The notes under the pieces are model-generated. The model worked only from the letters and a program-made list of their open reading frames with translations, was not told where the DNA came from and did not search any database. A DNA stretch of 64,000 nucleotides from an uncultured Bacilli bacterium (lineage in GTDB: Bacteria > Bacillota_I > Bacilli_A > RF39 > UBA660). The DNA lies in contig CAKOLN010000003.1 of assembly GCA_934096075.1 (NCBI GenBank), forward strand, positions 26,184 to 90,183, written 5' to 3'. Below are positions 1 to 9,603 of this stretch, piece by piece. The position numbers and the translations under genes are program-made. Positions within the stretch are counted from its first letter, which is position 1. Every line of letters begins with the position of its first letter.

Positions 1-11
1 GTGAAAATTAA

Positions 12-338
12 ATGAATGGTAGTTACTACAAAAGCCCATTATTTCCAAACGAACCAATCTATGAAAGAGATACTGCAGTACCTAACCAAAATAATGACTT
101 ACCAATGGAACAAAGTTACATAGAAAATATACTAAGACTTAATAAAGGAAGAAAAGCAACAATATATGTAAGTTTTCCTGATTCCATAAATTGGAAAGAT
201 AAAATATTTACTGGAATAATTGAACAAGCAGGAAGAGATCATATCATATTAAGTGATCCTGAAACTGGAAAATGGTATATGATATTAATGATATACTTAG
301 ATTATGTTGAGTTCCAAGATAAAATAAACTACAAATAA
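12..338 (+). CDS. gerQ: Spore coat protein GerQ-like (C-terminal Spore_GerQ domain)
   Basis: 108 aa; the C-terminal motif ENILRLNKGRKATIYVSFPDS...WKDKIFTGIIEQAGRDHIILSDPETGKWYMILMIYLDYVEF matches the conserved GerQ/YwdL core from memory. An in-frame TAA lies immediately upstream, so the ORF starts at 12. A hairpin plus T-run terminator sits at about 340-366. Confidence 0.6.
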   Translation: MNGSYYKSPLFPNEPIYERDTAVPNQNNDLPMEQSYIENILRLNKGRKATIYVSFPDSINWKDKIFTGIIEQAGRDHIILSDPETGKWYMILMIYLDYVEFQDKINYK

Positions 339-480
339 GGTATCTTAAATGATACTTTTTATTTTGAAGAACTAAAAATCGCACTCTTGTGAATTAATTC
401 GTGAGTTAGATTTTTCCTTTTTTGTTTCTAAAAGTATTTATTTTTATGCTTACATATGGTATGATTGTTATGGTGGTAAT

Positions 481-876
481 ATGATTATTTCCAAAGGAAG
501 AGGATATGTATATGGTATAGAGTACCATATAGTATTTTGTACTAAATATCGTAAAAAAATAATAACCGATAGTGTAAAAGATTCACTTTTTCAAATAATT
601 ATATCATTATCTCAAGAAATGGATTTTAAAATAATAGAAATTAATACAGATTTAGACCATATTCACTTGTTAATTAGTTGTAAGCCTCAGCATTATATAC
701 CTACTATCGTAAAAAGATTAAAAGGTACAAGTGCAAGACTATTATTTAAATTATATCCAGAATTAAAAAAAGAATTATATGGTGGACATATGTGGAATCC
801 TTCTTATTTTGTTGCTACTGTTAGTGATACACTAGAAGATAATATTAAAGAATATATTTCTAATCAGGGGAAGTAG
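481..876 (+). CDS. tnpA: IS200/IS605 Y1 (HUH) transposase TnpA
   Basis: 131 aa; the HIVFCTKYRKK motif, the HUH-type HIHLLIS motif and a C-terminal catalytic Y region (WNPSYFVATVS) are typical of IS200-like TnpA. Confidence 0.85.
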   Translation: MIISKGRGYVYGIEYHIVFCTKYRKKIITDSVKDSLFQIIISLSQEMDFKIIEINTDLDHIHLLISCKPQHYIPTIVKRLKGTSARLLFKLYPELKKELYGGHMWNPSYFVATVSDTLEDNIKEYISNQGK

Positions 877-1968
877 GTGTTATTTATGGAGTATACTTAT
901 AGTTTTAGAATTTATCCTAATGAAGAGCAAATTGTTTTAATTGCTAAAACTTTTGGATGTTGTAGATTTATCTATAATTATTTTTTAGACTATTCTAATA
1001 ATAATGGCTATAGTTCAAAGTATACAAATAATAATACCTGTAATAGAGAGCTAAAAGTAGAATATCCTTGGCTTAAAGAAGTGGATAAGTTTGCTATTAC
1101 TAATACTATTTATAATTTAGATAATGCTTATAAAAGATATATAAACAAATTAGGTGGTAATCCTAGATTTAAAAAGAAAAATAAGGGAGAATCTTATCAA
1201 ACTAATTATACTAATAATAATATAGAAGTATTAGATAATTACATTAAATTACCTAAATTAGGTAAAGTACTCGCTAAAGTTCATAGAAAAGTAGAAGGTA
1301 CTATTATTAATGCTACAATAAAAAAATATAGTAATAATAAATATAAAGTAATGATATTAGTTAGAAAAGAAATTAAAAAGTTAGAAACTAATAGTTATAT
1401 AGTAGGAATAGATATGGGAGTTAGTAATTTTGTTCATGATAGTTCTAATAATATATATAATGCTCCTAAAGAATTAATGAATACTTATGATAAAATAGGT
1501 AGATTACAAAAAAGTCTTTCTTTAAAAAAGAAAGGCAGTAATAATTATAAGAAAATAGAAAATAAGATTAATAAACTATATGATAAATGTAATAATGTTA
1601 GAAATGATTTCTTACATAAATTAAGTACTAGTATTATAAACGAAAACCAAGTTATAGTAGTAGAAGATTTAAATGTTAAAGAAATGTTTCAAAATAAGAA
1701 TATAGCCAAAGTACTTGGAGATATATCTATATCTAAGTTTATTAATATGTTAGAATATAAAGCAAAATGGTATGGAAGAAAATTAATAAAGGTTGGTAGA
1801 TATTATCCATCTAGTCAGTTATGTAATAACTGTGGTTATCAAAATAAAAAAATAAAAGACTATAGTATAAGATCTTGGCAGTGTCCTAGATGCGATAGTG
1901 TACATGATAGAGATTATAATGCTGCGAACAATATACTAGATAAAGGAATAGAATTATTACTTATCTAA
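877..1968 (+). CDS. tnpB: IS605 OrfB / TnpB RNA-guided endonuclease (RuvC-like plus Zn finger)
   Basis: 363 aa; RuvC-I (VGIDMGV), RuvC-II (VVEDLNVKEM) and a C-terminal zinc finger (CNNCGY...CPRCDSVHDRDYNAANNI). It is full length with no frameshift. Confidence 0.85.
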   Translation: MLFMEYTYSFRIYPNEEQIVLIAKTFGCCRFIYNYFLDYSNNNGYSSKYTNNNTCNRELKVEYPWLKEVDKFAITNTIYNLDNAYKRYINKLGGNPRFKKKNKGESYQTNYTNNNIEVLDNYIKLPKLGKVLAKVHRKVEGTIINATIKKYSNNKYKVMILVRKEIKKLETNSYIVGIDMGVSNFVHDSSNNIYNAPKELMNTYDKIGRLQKSLSLKKKGSNNYKKIENKINKLYDKCNNVRNDFLHKLSTSIINENQVIVVEDLNVKEMFQNKNIAKVLGDISISKFINMLEYKAKWYGRKLIKVGRYYPSSQLCNNCGYQNKKIKDYSIRSWQCPRCDSVHDRDYNAANNILDKGIELLLI

Positions 1969-2130
1969 TTAATTATATATAGGGTAGGAACTATCCGAGT
2001 TTATGTCTCTTTACATTAATAATAGTATTATTAAATGGAGAAAATTCTAATAGTGATATTAGAAGCATGCGATATTAAATCGTGTGAGGTTCACAATAAA
2101 TGTAAACTAACAATATTTGTTAATTCAATG
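1850..2130 (+). ncRNA. Putative omegaRNA/reRNA of TnpB, derived from the tnpB 3' end plus the IS right end
   Basis: Inferred from established TnpB biology, in which the guide RNA scaffold overlaps the tnpB 3' end and the right end. A structured right-end region with hairpins is present. Not directly demonstrable from sequence alone. Confidence 0.3.
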
Positions 2131-2157
2131 AATTCAATTATGTGATACAATACTATT

Positions 2158-3384
2158 ATGAAGAAGTTTTTTAAAAGTTTAATAATATTTATTTTAATGT
2201 GCCCTTTAATAACAAAAGCATTTGAAATTGAAGGATTATATTCTAAAAATGTCTTAGTCTACAATTTAGATGAAGATAAGATTTTATATAATGTAAAAAG
2301 TGAAGATAAAATTAGCATAGCAAGTCTTACAAAAATAATGACTACAATAGTCGCTATAGAAAATATTGAAAATTTAGATGAAACCATAACTATAACTTCT
2401 AAAATGTTAGATGACATTCCATATGATGCATCAACCGCAGGATTAGAAGTTGGAGATAAGGTAACTTATAAAGATTTGTTATATGCAAGTCTTATACCTT
2501 CTGGAGCTGATGCAACTCAATCATTGGCAGTTTCGATCTCAGGTTCAGTATCTAAATTTGTAGAACTTATGAATAATAAAGCAAAAAGCTTAAATATGAA
2601 AAACACTCACTTCGTTAATACTACAGGACTAGATGCAGAAGGACATTATTCAACACTAGAAGACATACTTATTTTAATAAAATATGCCTTAAAAAATGAA
2701 ACATTTAAATCAGTATTTGAAACAAAATCATACACAACTACAAACAATATTAAACTTAAATCAACATTAGATTATTATAATAGAGATTTTAATTACAACA
2801 TATCTTATGTATTAGGATCAAAAACAGGTTTTACTGATGATGCAGGCCTATGCCTATTAACTTTATCAAATGTAGATGACACAAATATCATTACAATAAC
2901 AGCTAATGCACCCTATTCTTATGGTAACTCTAAAAACATGATGGACCTAAACACAATAAAAACATCATTAGATAAATCATTTGAAAAAGCAACACTCATA
3001 ACTGAAAACGAGCAACTAATAGTATTAAATACGAAATATGCTAAAGAAAAAGAAATAAAAATAACATCTCCTTCCGAAATAACTAAATATGTAGAAAAAC
3101 CTTTCAATAAAGATAAAATAAAAACTGAATATACTGGAGAAAAAATAATATCATACAAAACAGAAAAAGGTACTAAACTTGGAGAAATAAAAATAAGTTA
3201 TAATGATGAATTAGTAGATATAATTGAAGTTAAATTAGATAAAGATTTACACTTTAGTTTATGGGTATTTATTAAAGATAATATATTGCTAATCACTATA
3301 GTAATCATAGTATTTCTAATGCTTCTATTAATAATTAGAAAATCTAAAAAGAAAAGAAAGAGACTAAGAAAAATGAGACGATAA
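2158..3384 (+). CDS. D-alanyl-D-alanine carboxypeptidase (PBP5/DacB-type serine peptidase S11) with C-terminal TM anchor and K/R tail
   Basis: Signal peptide; SxxK motif (SLTKIM), SxN-like region and KTG motif (KTGFTDDAG); C-terminal hydrophobic segment followed by KKKRKRLRKMRR. Confidence 0.8.
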   Translation: MKKFFKSLIIFILMCPLITKAFEIEGLYSKNVLVYNLDEDKILYNVKSEDKISIASLTKIMTTIVAIENIENLDETITITSKMLDDIPYDASTAGLEVGDKVTYKDLLYASLIPSGADATQSLAVSISGSVSKFVELMNNKAKSLNMKNTHFVNTTGLDAEGHYSTLEDILILIKYALKNETFKSVFETKSYTTTNNIKLKSTLDYYNRDFNYNISYVLGSKTGFTDDAGLCLLTLSNVDDTNIITITANAPYSYGNSKNMMDLNTIKTSLDKSFEKATLITENEQLIVLNTKYAKEKEIKITSPSEITKYVEKPFNKDKIKTEYTGEKIISYKTEKGTKLGEIKISYNDELVDIIEVKLDKDLHFSLWVFIKDNILLITIVIIVFLMLLLIIRKSKKKRKRLRKMRR

Positions 3385-3398
3385 GTCTCTTTTATTAT
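3352..3398 (+). repeat. Direct repeat copy 1 (47 nt): stop codon plus rho-independent terminator hairpin of dacB
   Basis: aaaagaaagagactaagaaaaatgagacgataagtctcttttattat; 46/47 identical to 4397-4443. Contains a hairpin (gagact...agtctc) followed by a T-run. Confidence 0.8.
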
Positions 3399-3461
3399 AC
3401 TAAAACATATGATATAATTAATTTGAGACAAACTTAAAAGAGAAAAAATATAAAGAAAGGA

Positions 3462-4412
3462 GTGAAAGAAATGATTGATTTTTCTACTTCAATTGAAGAA
3501 TTAAATAGTTATAAGGGATCAGAAAAAAAGAAAACCTTAATTTACAATGGAAAAAAATATTTAGTAAAATTTCCAGATCCAATAAGAGAAAAAAATAAAA
3601 CAATTTCATATATAAATAATGCTTTTTCAGAATATGTAGGAAGCAATATCTTTAAATTACTAGGATTTGAAACTCAAAATACATTACTAGGTATTTATAA
3701 GTACAATAATAAAGACAAAGTAGTATGTGCTTGTGAAGACTTTACTGACAGTAACCACGAATTGTATGAATTTGAAAATCTTGCACTAAGTACTAATCCC
3801 GATAAAAAAATTCAAACTGAATTAAATGACATAATGGAAGTTATTAATTGGTTGACTAATTCAAAAGATATTAAATTGTATATAAATGATAATATAAAAG
3901 AAAAGTTTTGGAATATGTTTATCATAGACTGCTTAATTGGAAATACCGACAGACATAATGGCAACTGGGGATTATTGGTAAACACTAAAACTAAGGAAGC
4001 AAGTTTTTCACCAATATATGACTGTAGTTCTTGTTTAAATCCAATGTTAGATGATGAGGAATTATCTAAAATAGATGAAATAGAGTTAAAAAATTTAGCA
4101 ATTAATTCATATTCATGTCTTAAAGAAAATGGAAAAAAGATAAATTACATCACTTTCATAAAAAATGCAAAAAACGAAGACTGCAATAAAGCTTTATTAA
4201 GAGTATTTAAAAAAATTAACATAGAAGAAATTAATGACTTTATAGATAGTATAAAAGGAATATCAAAAACAAGAAAAAACTTTTATAAAAACATAATTAA
4301 TTATAGATATAATATATTAAATAAAATACATAAGAAAATAGTTAATTCAAGATATAAAGTAATTAGGGAATCTTATGATAAAATAAACATTGATAGAAAA
4401 GAAAGAGACTAA
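3462..4412 (+). CDS. HipA-like Ser/Thr kinase domain protein (HipA_C / CtkA / HipT-like, short form)
   Basis: 316 aa; the catalytic-loop motif CLIGNTDRHNGNWGLL matches the HipA_C GNxDxHxxN signature. No adjacent HipB/HipS-like small ORF. Own promoter (TGaTATAAT at about 3408-3420) and RBS AAAGGAG. Confidence 0.6.
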   Translation: MKEMIDFSTSIEELNSYKGSEKKKTLIYNGKKYLVKFPDPIREKNKTISYINNAFSEYVGSNIFKLLGFETQNTLLGIYKYNNKDKVVCACEDFTDSNHELYEFENLALSTNPDKKIQTELNDIMEVINWLTNSKDIKLYINDNIKEKFWNMFIIDCLIGNTDRHNGNWGLLVNTKTKEASFSPIYDCSSCLNPMLDDEELSKIDEIELKNLAINSYSCLKENGKKINYITFIKNAKNEDCNKALLRVFKKINIEEINDFIDSIKGISKTRKNFYKNIINYRYNILNKIHKKIVNSRYKVIRESYDKINIDRKERD

Positions 4413-4443
4413 GAAAAATGAGACGTTAAGTCTCTTTTATTAT
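4397..4443 (+). repeat. Direct repeat copy 2 (47 nt): terminator duplicated after the HipA-like gene
   Basis: aaaagaaagagactaagaaaaatgagacgttaagtctcttttattat. It is read in a different frame from copy 1, and here supplies the last codons and stop of the HipA-like ORF. Confidence 0.8.
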
Positions 4444-4546
4444 GTCTAATTCTATCAAATTTCAAAAAAATTCTAGTAATTTCCCCTATTTATGTGCTAT
4501 TATATATATACTAGCGGAGTATTGACTTAAAATTGTACCAAATCTT

Positions 4547-4575
4547 TCACAATTTGCAAATGCATAAAATTGTGA
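4547..4575. promoter_or_regulatory. Promoter of the rplI-dnaB operon with a 9-bp perfect inverted repeat (candidate operator)
   Basis: TTGCAA-17 bp-TGTGATATAAT (extended -10). The inverted repeat tcacaattt...(11)...aaattgtga spans the -35 and -10 elements. Confidence 0.5.
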
Positions 4576-4599
4576 TATAATATACTGACGGAGGATTTT

Positions 4600-5040
4600 A
4601 TGAAGATAATATTACTAGAAAATGTAAAAGGAACTGGAAAAAAAGATGAAATAAAAGAAGTTAAAGATGGCTTTGGAAATTTCCTTATAAAATCAAAAAA
4701 AGCAGTTTCTTATTCAGAAAAAAGTAAAGAGGTTCTAAAAACTCAATTAGAAAACAAAAAAGAAGAAGAAGACAGAATATATAAAGAAGCCTTAGAATTA
4801 AAAAGTAAGTTAGAAAAAACAAAACTAACTTTTAAAGTAAAAACTGGGGCTCAAGATAGAGTTTTTGGTAGTATAAGTTCTAAACAAATAAGTGAAGAAT
4901 TAAAAAAGAAAAACCTTAATGTAGACAAAAAAATAATAGATGCAGAAAACATAAATTCTCTAGGAATGCATTTAGTTAAAATAAAATTACATAAAAAAGT
5001 AACTGCCGAATTAAATGTAGAATTAAAAGGTGGTGAATAA
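4600..5040 (+). CDS. rplI: 50S ribosomal protein L9
   Basis: 146 aa; the N-terminal MKIILLENVKGTGKKDEIKEVKDGFGNFLI is typical of L9; RBS GGAGG. Confidence 0.9.
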   Translation: MKIILLENVKGTGKKDEIKEVKDGFGNFLIKSKKAVSYSEKSKEVLKTQLENKKEEEDRIYKEALELKSKLEKTKLTFKVKTGAQDRVFGSISSKQISEELKKKNLNVDKKIIDAENINSLGMHLVKIKLHKKVTAELNVELKGGE

Positions 5041-6390
5041 ATGGCAAGAAAAGAACCACAAAGTATTGAAGCAGAAATAAATGCTTTAGGATGTGCGTTC
5101 TTAAGTAAAAGTGCTTTAGACAAAGTATGTGAAGAATTAACCATGCCTATGTTTTACCTAGACGGTCATAAAAAAATATTTGAAGCATTATTAAATTTAA
5201 GAAGTACAGACACTGCAGTAGATATAACAACTGTAACTAATGAATTAGAAAGAACTAAATCACTTAGTTCAGTAGGCGGAATAGACTATTTAACTGAAAT
5301 AGTAAATTCAGTCGCAACACCTGCTAACTTAGAATACTACATAAAAATAATATTTGAAAAATACGTATTAAGATGTCTAATAGAAGAATCAACTAAAATA
5401 ATAGATGAATGCTATGATGAATCAGAAGATTTAAATTCTATAGTTGAAGATGCAGAAAAAAGAATTCTTGGAGTAAATAGTGATAGAATGATTAAAGATA
5501 TCAAACCTATTCAAGAAGTCTTAGTAAAAGCACAACAAGAAATAGAATCACTATCTAAAAATGGTGCAGACATAACAGGTGTACCTAGTGGATTTAAAGA
5601 CTTAGATAGAAGAACAGCTGGATTTCATGGCAATGAATTAATTATCTTAGCTGGTCGTCCAGGAATGGGTAAAAGTGCCCTTGCTATAAACATGGCAACA
5701 CATATGACAATAAATGCAAAAAAGTCAGTAGCCTTATTTAACCTAGAAATGGGAGCAACTCAAATAGTAAACAGAATGTTCTCATCCATTGGACAAATAG
5801 ATGGACAAAAACTAAGAACTGGTAGACTAGATCATATGGACTGGAAAAAATTTAACGAAGCATTAAGTCTACTAGCAGATACTAAGTTTTTTATAGATGA
5901 TACACCAGGAATAACAGTCGCAGAAATAAGAAGCAAATGTAGAAAATTAAAAAATAGTGATAAAGGTCTAGACTGTATAATAATAGACTACCTACAACTA
6001 ATAAGCAGTTCAAATAAGTACTCTGGACAAAGAACTAATGAGGTAAGTGAAATATCAAGAGACTTAAAAAAACTAGCAATGGAGTTAGAAGTGCCAGTAA
6101 TCGCCCTTGCACAACTATCTCGTGGTGTGGAACAAAGAGAAGACAAACGACCTTTAATGAGTGACTTAAAAGAAAGTGGCTCAATAGAACAAGATGCAGA
6201 TATTGTAATGTTCATTTATTGTGATGACTATTACAAATTCAAATCAAAAGAAAGACCTGCACTATCACCAACAGAACTAATAATTTCTAAACACAGAAGT
6301 GGTAGTACTGGTACAGTAGATTTAATTTTTGAAAGAGAACATGCTAATTTCAAAAATTATCTAAGAAGTGAGGAAAAAGAAAATGAATAA
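5041..6390 (+). CDS. dnaB: Replicative DNA helicase DnaB (DnaC in Bacillus nomenclature)
   Basis: 449 aa; Walker A GRPGMGKSA, RecA-like C-terminal domain, N-terminal DnaB domain; conserved synteny downstream of rplI. Confidence 0.92.
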   Translation: MARKEPQSIEAEINALGCAFLSKSALDKVCEELTMPMFYLDGHKKIFEALLNLRSTDTAVDITTVTNELERTKSLSSVGGIDYLTEIVNSVATPANLEYYIKIIFEKYVLRCLIEESTKIIDECYDESEDLNSIVEDAEKRILGVNSDRMIKDIKPIQEVLVKAQQEIESLSKNGADITGVPSGFKDLDRRTAGFHGNELIILAGRPGMGKSALAINMATHMTINAKKSVALFNLEMGATQIVNRMFSSIGQIDGQKLRTGRLDHMDWKKFNEALSLLADTKFFIDDTPGITVAEIRSKCRKLKNSDKGLDCIIIDYLQLISSSNKYSGQRTNEVSEISRDLKKLAMELEVPVIALAQLSRGVEQREDKRPLMSDLKESGSIEQDADIVMFIYCDDYYKFKSKERPALSPTELIISKHRSGSTGTVDLIFEREHANFKNYLRSEEKENE

Positions 6391-7846
6391 GAAAAGTATA
6401 TATTGGAGCTCAGTATTTGTAATCATACTAACTAGCCTAATATTTATACTTGGAACAGATAGAAAAAGTTATGATGAAAACCCTGAAACTGTTTATCAAG
6501 TATATCTAAACGGTCAAACAATAGGTGTCATCAAAAGTGAAGATGCCCTATATGACTTAATAGATAAAGAACAAAAAAATCTTAAAAAAGAATACAAAGT
6601 AAATAAAATATATGCTCCAATCGGACTAGAAGTAACTAAATTAGTAACATATGATAGTGAACTAGACGATGTAAAAGAAGTTTATAATAAAATAAAAGAT
6701 GAAGAACCATTTACTGTAAAAGGTTATGAAGTAACAATAACACATGATGAAAATAACATAGAAAAAATAAATGTACTAGATAAAAAGGACTTTGATACAG
6801 CAGTAGAAAATACAATAAAAGCTTTCGTAGATGAAACTGAATATGAAAAATACTTAAATGAAACTCAAGATGAAATAATAACAACAGGTTCAACTATAGA
6901 AAATATAAATATAAAAGAAAATATAACTATAAAAGAAAAATATCTAAGTACAGAAGACAAAATATATAGAGACGCAAATGAATTAAGTAGATACATGTTA
7001 TTTGGTACTGATGAAACTCAAGGAACACACATAGTAACCGCAGGAGAAACAATTAAACAAATTGCTGACGAATATGAACTATCAGTAAAAGAATTCTTAA
7101 TAGTTAACCCTGAAATAGTAAGTGAAAATGCATTATTATTTAACGGACAAGAAGTTAATGTAGGACTAGTAAAACCAATAATAAGTATTGTAGTAGAAAA
7201 TAATCTAGTTGAAGATAAAACAGTACCATATCAAAGTCAAACGAAATATGATAATAAATATGTGGTTGGTACAACATGGACAGAACAAACTGGACAAAAT
7301 GGTATCAGTAGAGTTGAATACTATACAGAAACAATAAATGGTGTAATAACTCAAGTAATACCATTAAGTACAGAAGTAATTAAACCAGTAGTAGATGAAG
7401 TAATAGTAAAAGGTGGTCTATCTATAAACTATGTAGGTGACACAGGTGCTTGGTATTGGCCAACAATAAGACCATATGTAATAACTTCATACTTTGGATG
7501 GAGAACAGACCCAATATCTGGAGAACATACATATCACCGTGGAATAGATATTTCCGGTACAGGTTATGGTTCACCAATATATGCTGCTCAATCAGGTACA
7601 ATCACTAGAATTGGATGGGCTGGAGACATGGGTAATTACATTTACATAGATCACGGAAAAGGATTCCAAACAATCTACATGCATTTAAGTGGTTTTGCAG
7701 ATGGAATGAGAAGTGGAGTTGCAGTAACTAAAGGAGAATTAATTGCATATATGGGAAGTACTGGATATTCAACTGGTACACACTTAGACTTCCGTATAAT
7801 GGCGAATGGTGTTTACATAGACCCACTAGGAGTAAAATATAACTAA
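6368..7846 (+). CDS. Membrane-anchored LysM plus M23 family metallopeptidase
   Basis: N-terminal TM; LysM-like segment (TAGETIKQIADEYELSVKEFLIVNPEI); M23 motifs HRGIDISG and HLDFRI. Confidence 0.8.
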   Translation: MRKKKMNKKSIYWSSVFVIILTSLIFILGTDRKSYDENPETVYQVYLNGQTIGVIKSEDALYDLIDKEQKNLKKEYKVNKIYAPIGLEVTKLVTYDSELDDVKEVYNKIKDEEPFTVKGYEVTITHDENNIEKINVLDKKDFDTAVENTIKAFVDETEYEKYLNETQDEIITTGSTIENINIKENITIKEKYLSTEDKIYRDANELSRYMLFGTDETQGTHIVTAGETIKQIADEYELSVKEFLIVNPEIVSENALLFNGQEVNVGLVKPIISIVVENNLVEDKTVPYQSQTKYDNKYVVGTTWTEQTGQNGISRVEYYTETINGVITQVIPLSTEVIKPVVDEVIVKGGLSINYVGDTGAWYWPTIRPYVITSYFGWRTDPISGEHTYHRGIDISGTGYGSPIYAAQSGTITRIGWAGDMGNYIYIDHGKGFQTIYMHLSGFADGMRSGVAVTKGELIAYMGSTGYSTGTHLDFRIMANGVYIDPLGVKYN

Positions 7847-8607
7847 TGAAAATCCATATACTAGGAAGTGGATCTAAAGGAAACTCTACATTTATAGATT
7901 TAGGAAACAAAAAAATCTTAATAGATGTAGGGTTTTCCTATAAACATATAAAAGAACAACTATCTAAAATAAACATAGATCCTAAAGAAATAGATGCTGT
8001 TCTAATAACCCATGACCATTCAGATCACACATATGGACTACCTGTATTTATAAACAAAGTTAACCCATTATTATATATAACTCCAGAAGTAGAAGAAGTA
8101 ATACTGAAAACACCTTACGAAAAAAGTATCTATTTAGGTGATGAATTATATATAGATGACGCTATGATAAAAGTAATACCTACATCTCATGATGCATTAA
8201 CATCAAATGGTTTTCTAATAGAAAAAAATAATGAATCTCTAGTATACATAACAGATACTGGTTACATAAATCAAAGATACTTTAAATTCCTACAAAACAA
8301 AACATACTACATAATAGAAAGCAACCATGATACCGAAAGATTAATAAAAGGAAGGTATCCAGAATATTTACAAAGAAGAATACTTAGTGATAAAGGACAC
8401 CTATCTAATGAATTATGTGCAGGTTATCTATCTAGATTTATCGGACCAAATACAAAAAAAGTTGTACTAGCACACTTATCAGAAGAAAATAATACAATAG
8501 ATTTAGCTTTAAACACAACTGAGTCAGTACTTAAAGAAAATAATATAAGTTTTTCAAACATAACATGTGCAAGTCAAACAGAATTAACCGAGGTAACTAA
8601 TGATTAA
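7846..8607 (+). CDS. MBL-fold metallo-hydrolase (YycJ/WalJ-like)
   Basis: 253 aa; HDHSDH motif; its position before rlmH matches yycJ-rlmH synteny in Bacilli. Confidence 0.75.
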   Translation: MKIHILGSGSKGNSTFIDLGNKKILIDVGFSYKHIKEQLSKINIDPKEIDAVLITHDHSDHTYGLPVFINKVNPLLYITPEVEEVILKTPYEKSIYLGDELYIDDAMIKVIPTSHDALTSNGFLIEKNNESLVYITDTGYINQRYFKFLQNKTYYIIESNHDTERLIKGRYPEYLQRRILSDKGHLSNELCAGYLSRFIGPNTKKVVLAHLSEENNTIDLALNTTESVLKENNISFSNITCASQTELTEVTND

Positions 8608-9037
8608 AATAATATGTATAGGTAAAATAAAAGAAAAATATCTAACAGATTTAATAAACGATTATCAAAAAAGAATAAACAAATATCATAAATTAGAAAT
8701 AATTGAACTAAAAGATTCCAACATAAATAATGAGAAAGAAGAAATACTTAAACATATAAAAACTTCTGATTACATTATATCAATGTGTATAGAAGGCAAG
8801 TTATTAACAACTTTAGAATTAAAAGATAAAATAGAAAGTCTTATGCTAAATGGTAACTCAAATATAACATTTATAATAGGTGGTTCTGATGGAATACATG
8901 ATGAAATAAAAAGACTAAGCAATGAATTAATATCTTTCTCAAAACTAACATTTCCTCATGGTTTATTTAGAGGGATACTATTAGAACAAATATATAGAAT
9001 ATTTAAAATAATGAATAATGAAACCTACCATAAGTAG
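8600..9037 (+). CDS. rlmH: 23S rRNA (pseudouridine1915-N3)-methyltransferase RlmH (SPOUT)
   Basis: 145 aa; YbeA/RlmH-like size and N-terminus (MIKIICIGKIKEKY...); synteny with yycJ. Confidence 0.7.
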   Translation: MIKIICIGKIKEKYLTDLINDYQKRINKYHKLEIIELKDSNINNEKEEILKHIKTSDYIISMCIEGKLLTTLELKDKIESLMLNGNSNITFIIGGSDGIHDEIKRLSNELISFSKLTFPHGLFRGILLEQIYRIFKIMNNETYHK

Positions 9038-9120
9038 GTTTTTACTTTTAAAATCATACTAGTTTATTTTAACCAAACATAATATAATATAAGTATAAAT
9101 AAAAAGATAAGGAGAACAAA

Positions 9121-9603
9121 ATGAAGAAAATATTCTTAATTGCAATTTGCATACTTATAATAGGATGTCAAAAAGAAGAAAATATTTATACTATAAAAGC
9201 AAACATTGAGGAAAATATTCTTAAGAATAAAGACTACAATAATTTAAGTTCATGTAAAATTGATGAAATCAATAATACAATAACTATAGAATTAATCAAT
9301 AATAGTGAAGAAGAACAAGAATGGTTTAAAAATAATATATCAAATTCAAATAAACTAATATTTAAGCAAGGAAAAGAAATTAAACAAGAAGAACTAACTT
9401 ATGTTTATAATTATATTAACGATTACATAAATTCAAATGGGCAAATAGAAAATTATACAGGTCATTACATAGATGAAATATGTAATAGTGTTGTAGTGAG
9501 TTTATTAGAAAATAACCAAAAACATCAAAATAATTTTAAACAAAACATAATTGATTCTAATCTAATAGAATTTAAAAAAGGAAATTATGGTATAGACCAA
9601 TAA
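9121..9603 (+). CDS. Lipoprotein, function unknown
   Basis: Lipobox LIIGC at residues 13-17; 160 aa, N/E/K-rich. Confidence 0.6.
   Translation: MKKIFLIAICILIIGCQKEENIYTIKANIEENILKNKDYNNLSSCKIDEINNTITIELINNSEEEQEWFKNNISNSNKLIFKQGKEIKQEELTYVYNYINDYINSNGQIENYTGHYIDEICNSVVVSLLENNQKHQNNFKQNIIDSNLIEFKKGNYGIDQ

Larger units (their letters stand above)
440..2150 (+). mobile_element. IS200/IS605-family insertion sequence (tnpA plus tnpB); boundaries approximate
   Basis: Adjacent Y1-HUH transposase and TnpB genes. Imperfect subterminal palindromes at both ends (left about 395-425 cactcttgtgaattaattcgtgagt; right about 2075-2095 cgtgtgaggttcacaa). The element sits between the gerQ terminator and the dacB start. 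Confidence 0.7.

Noticed and set aside
2919-3431. Minus-strand ORFs 79 aa and 77 aa
   Set aside because: They overlap the dacB coding region and its terminator on the opposite strand; no RBS and low-complexity sequence.
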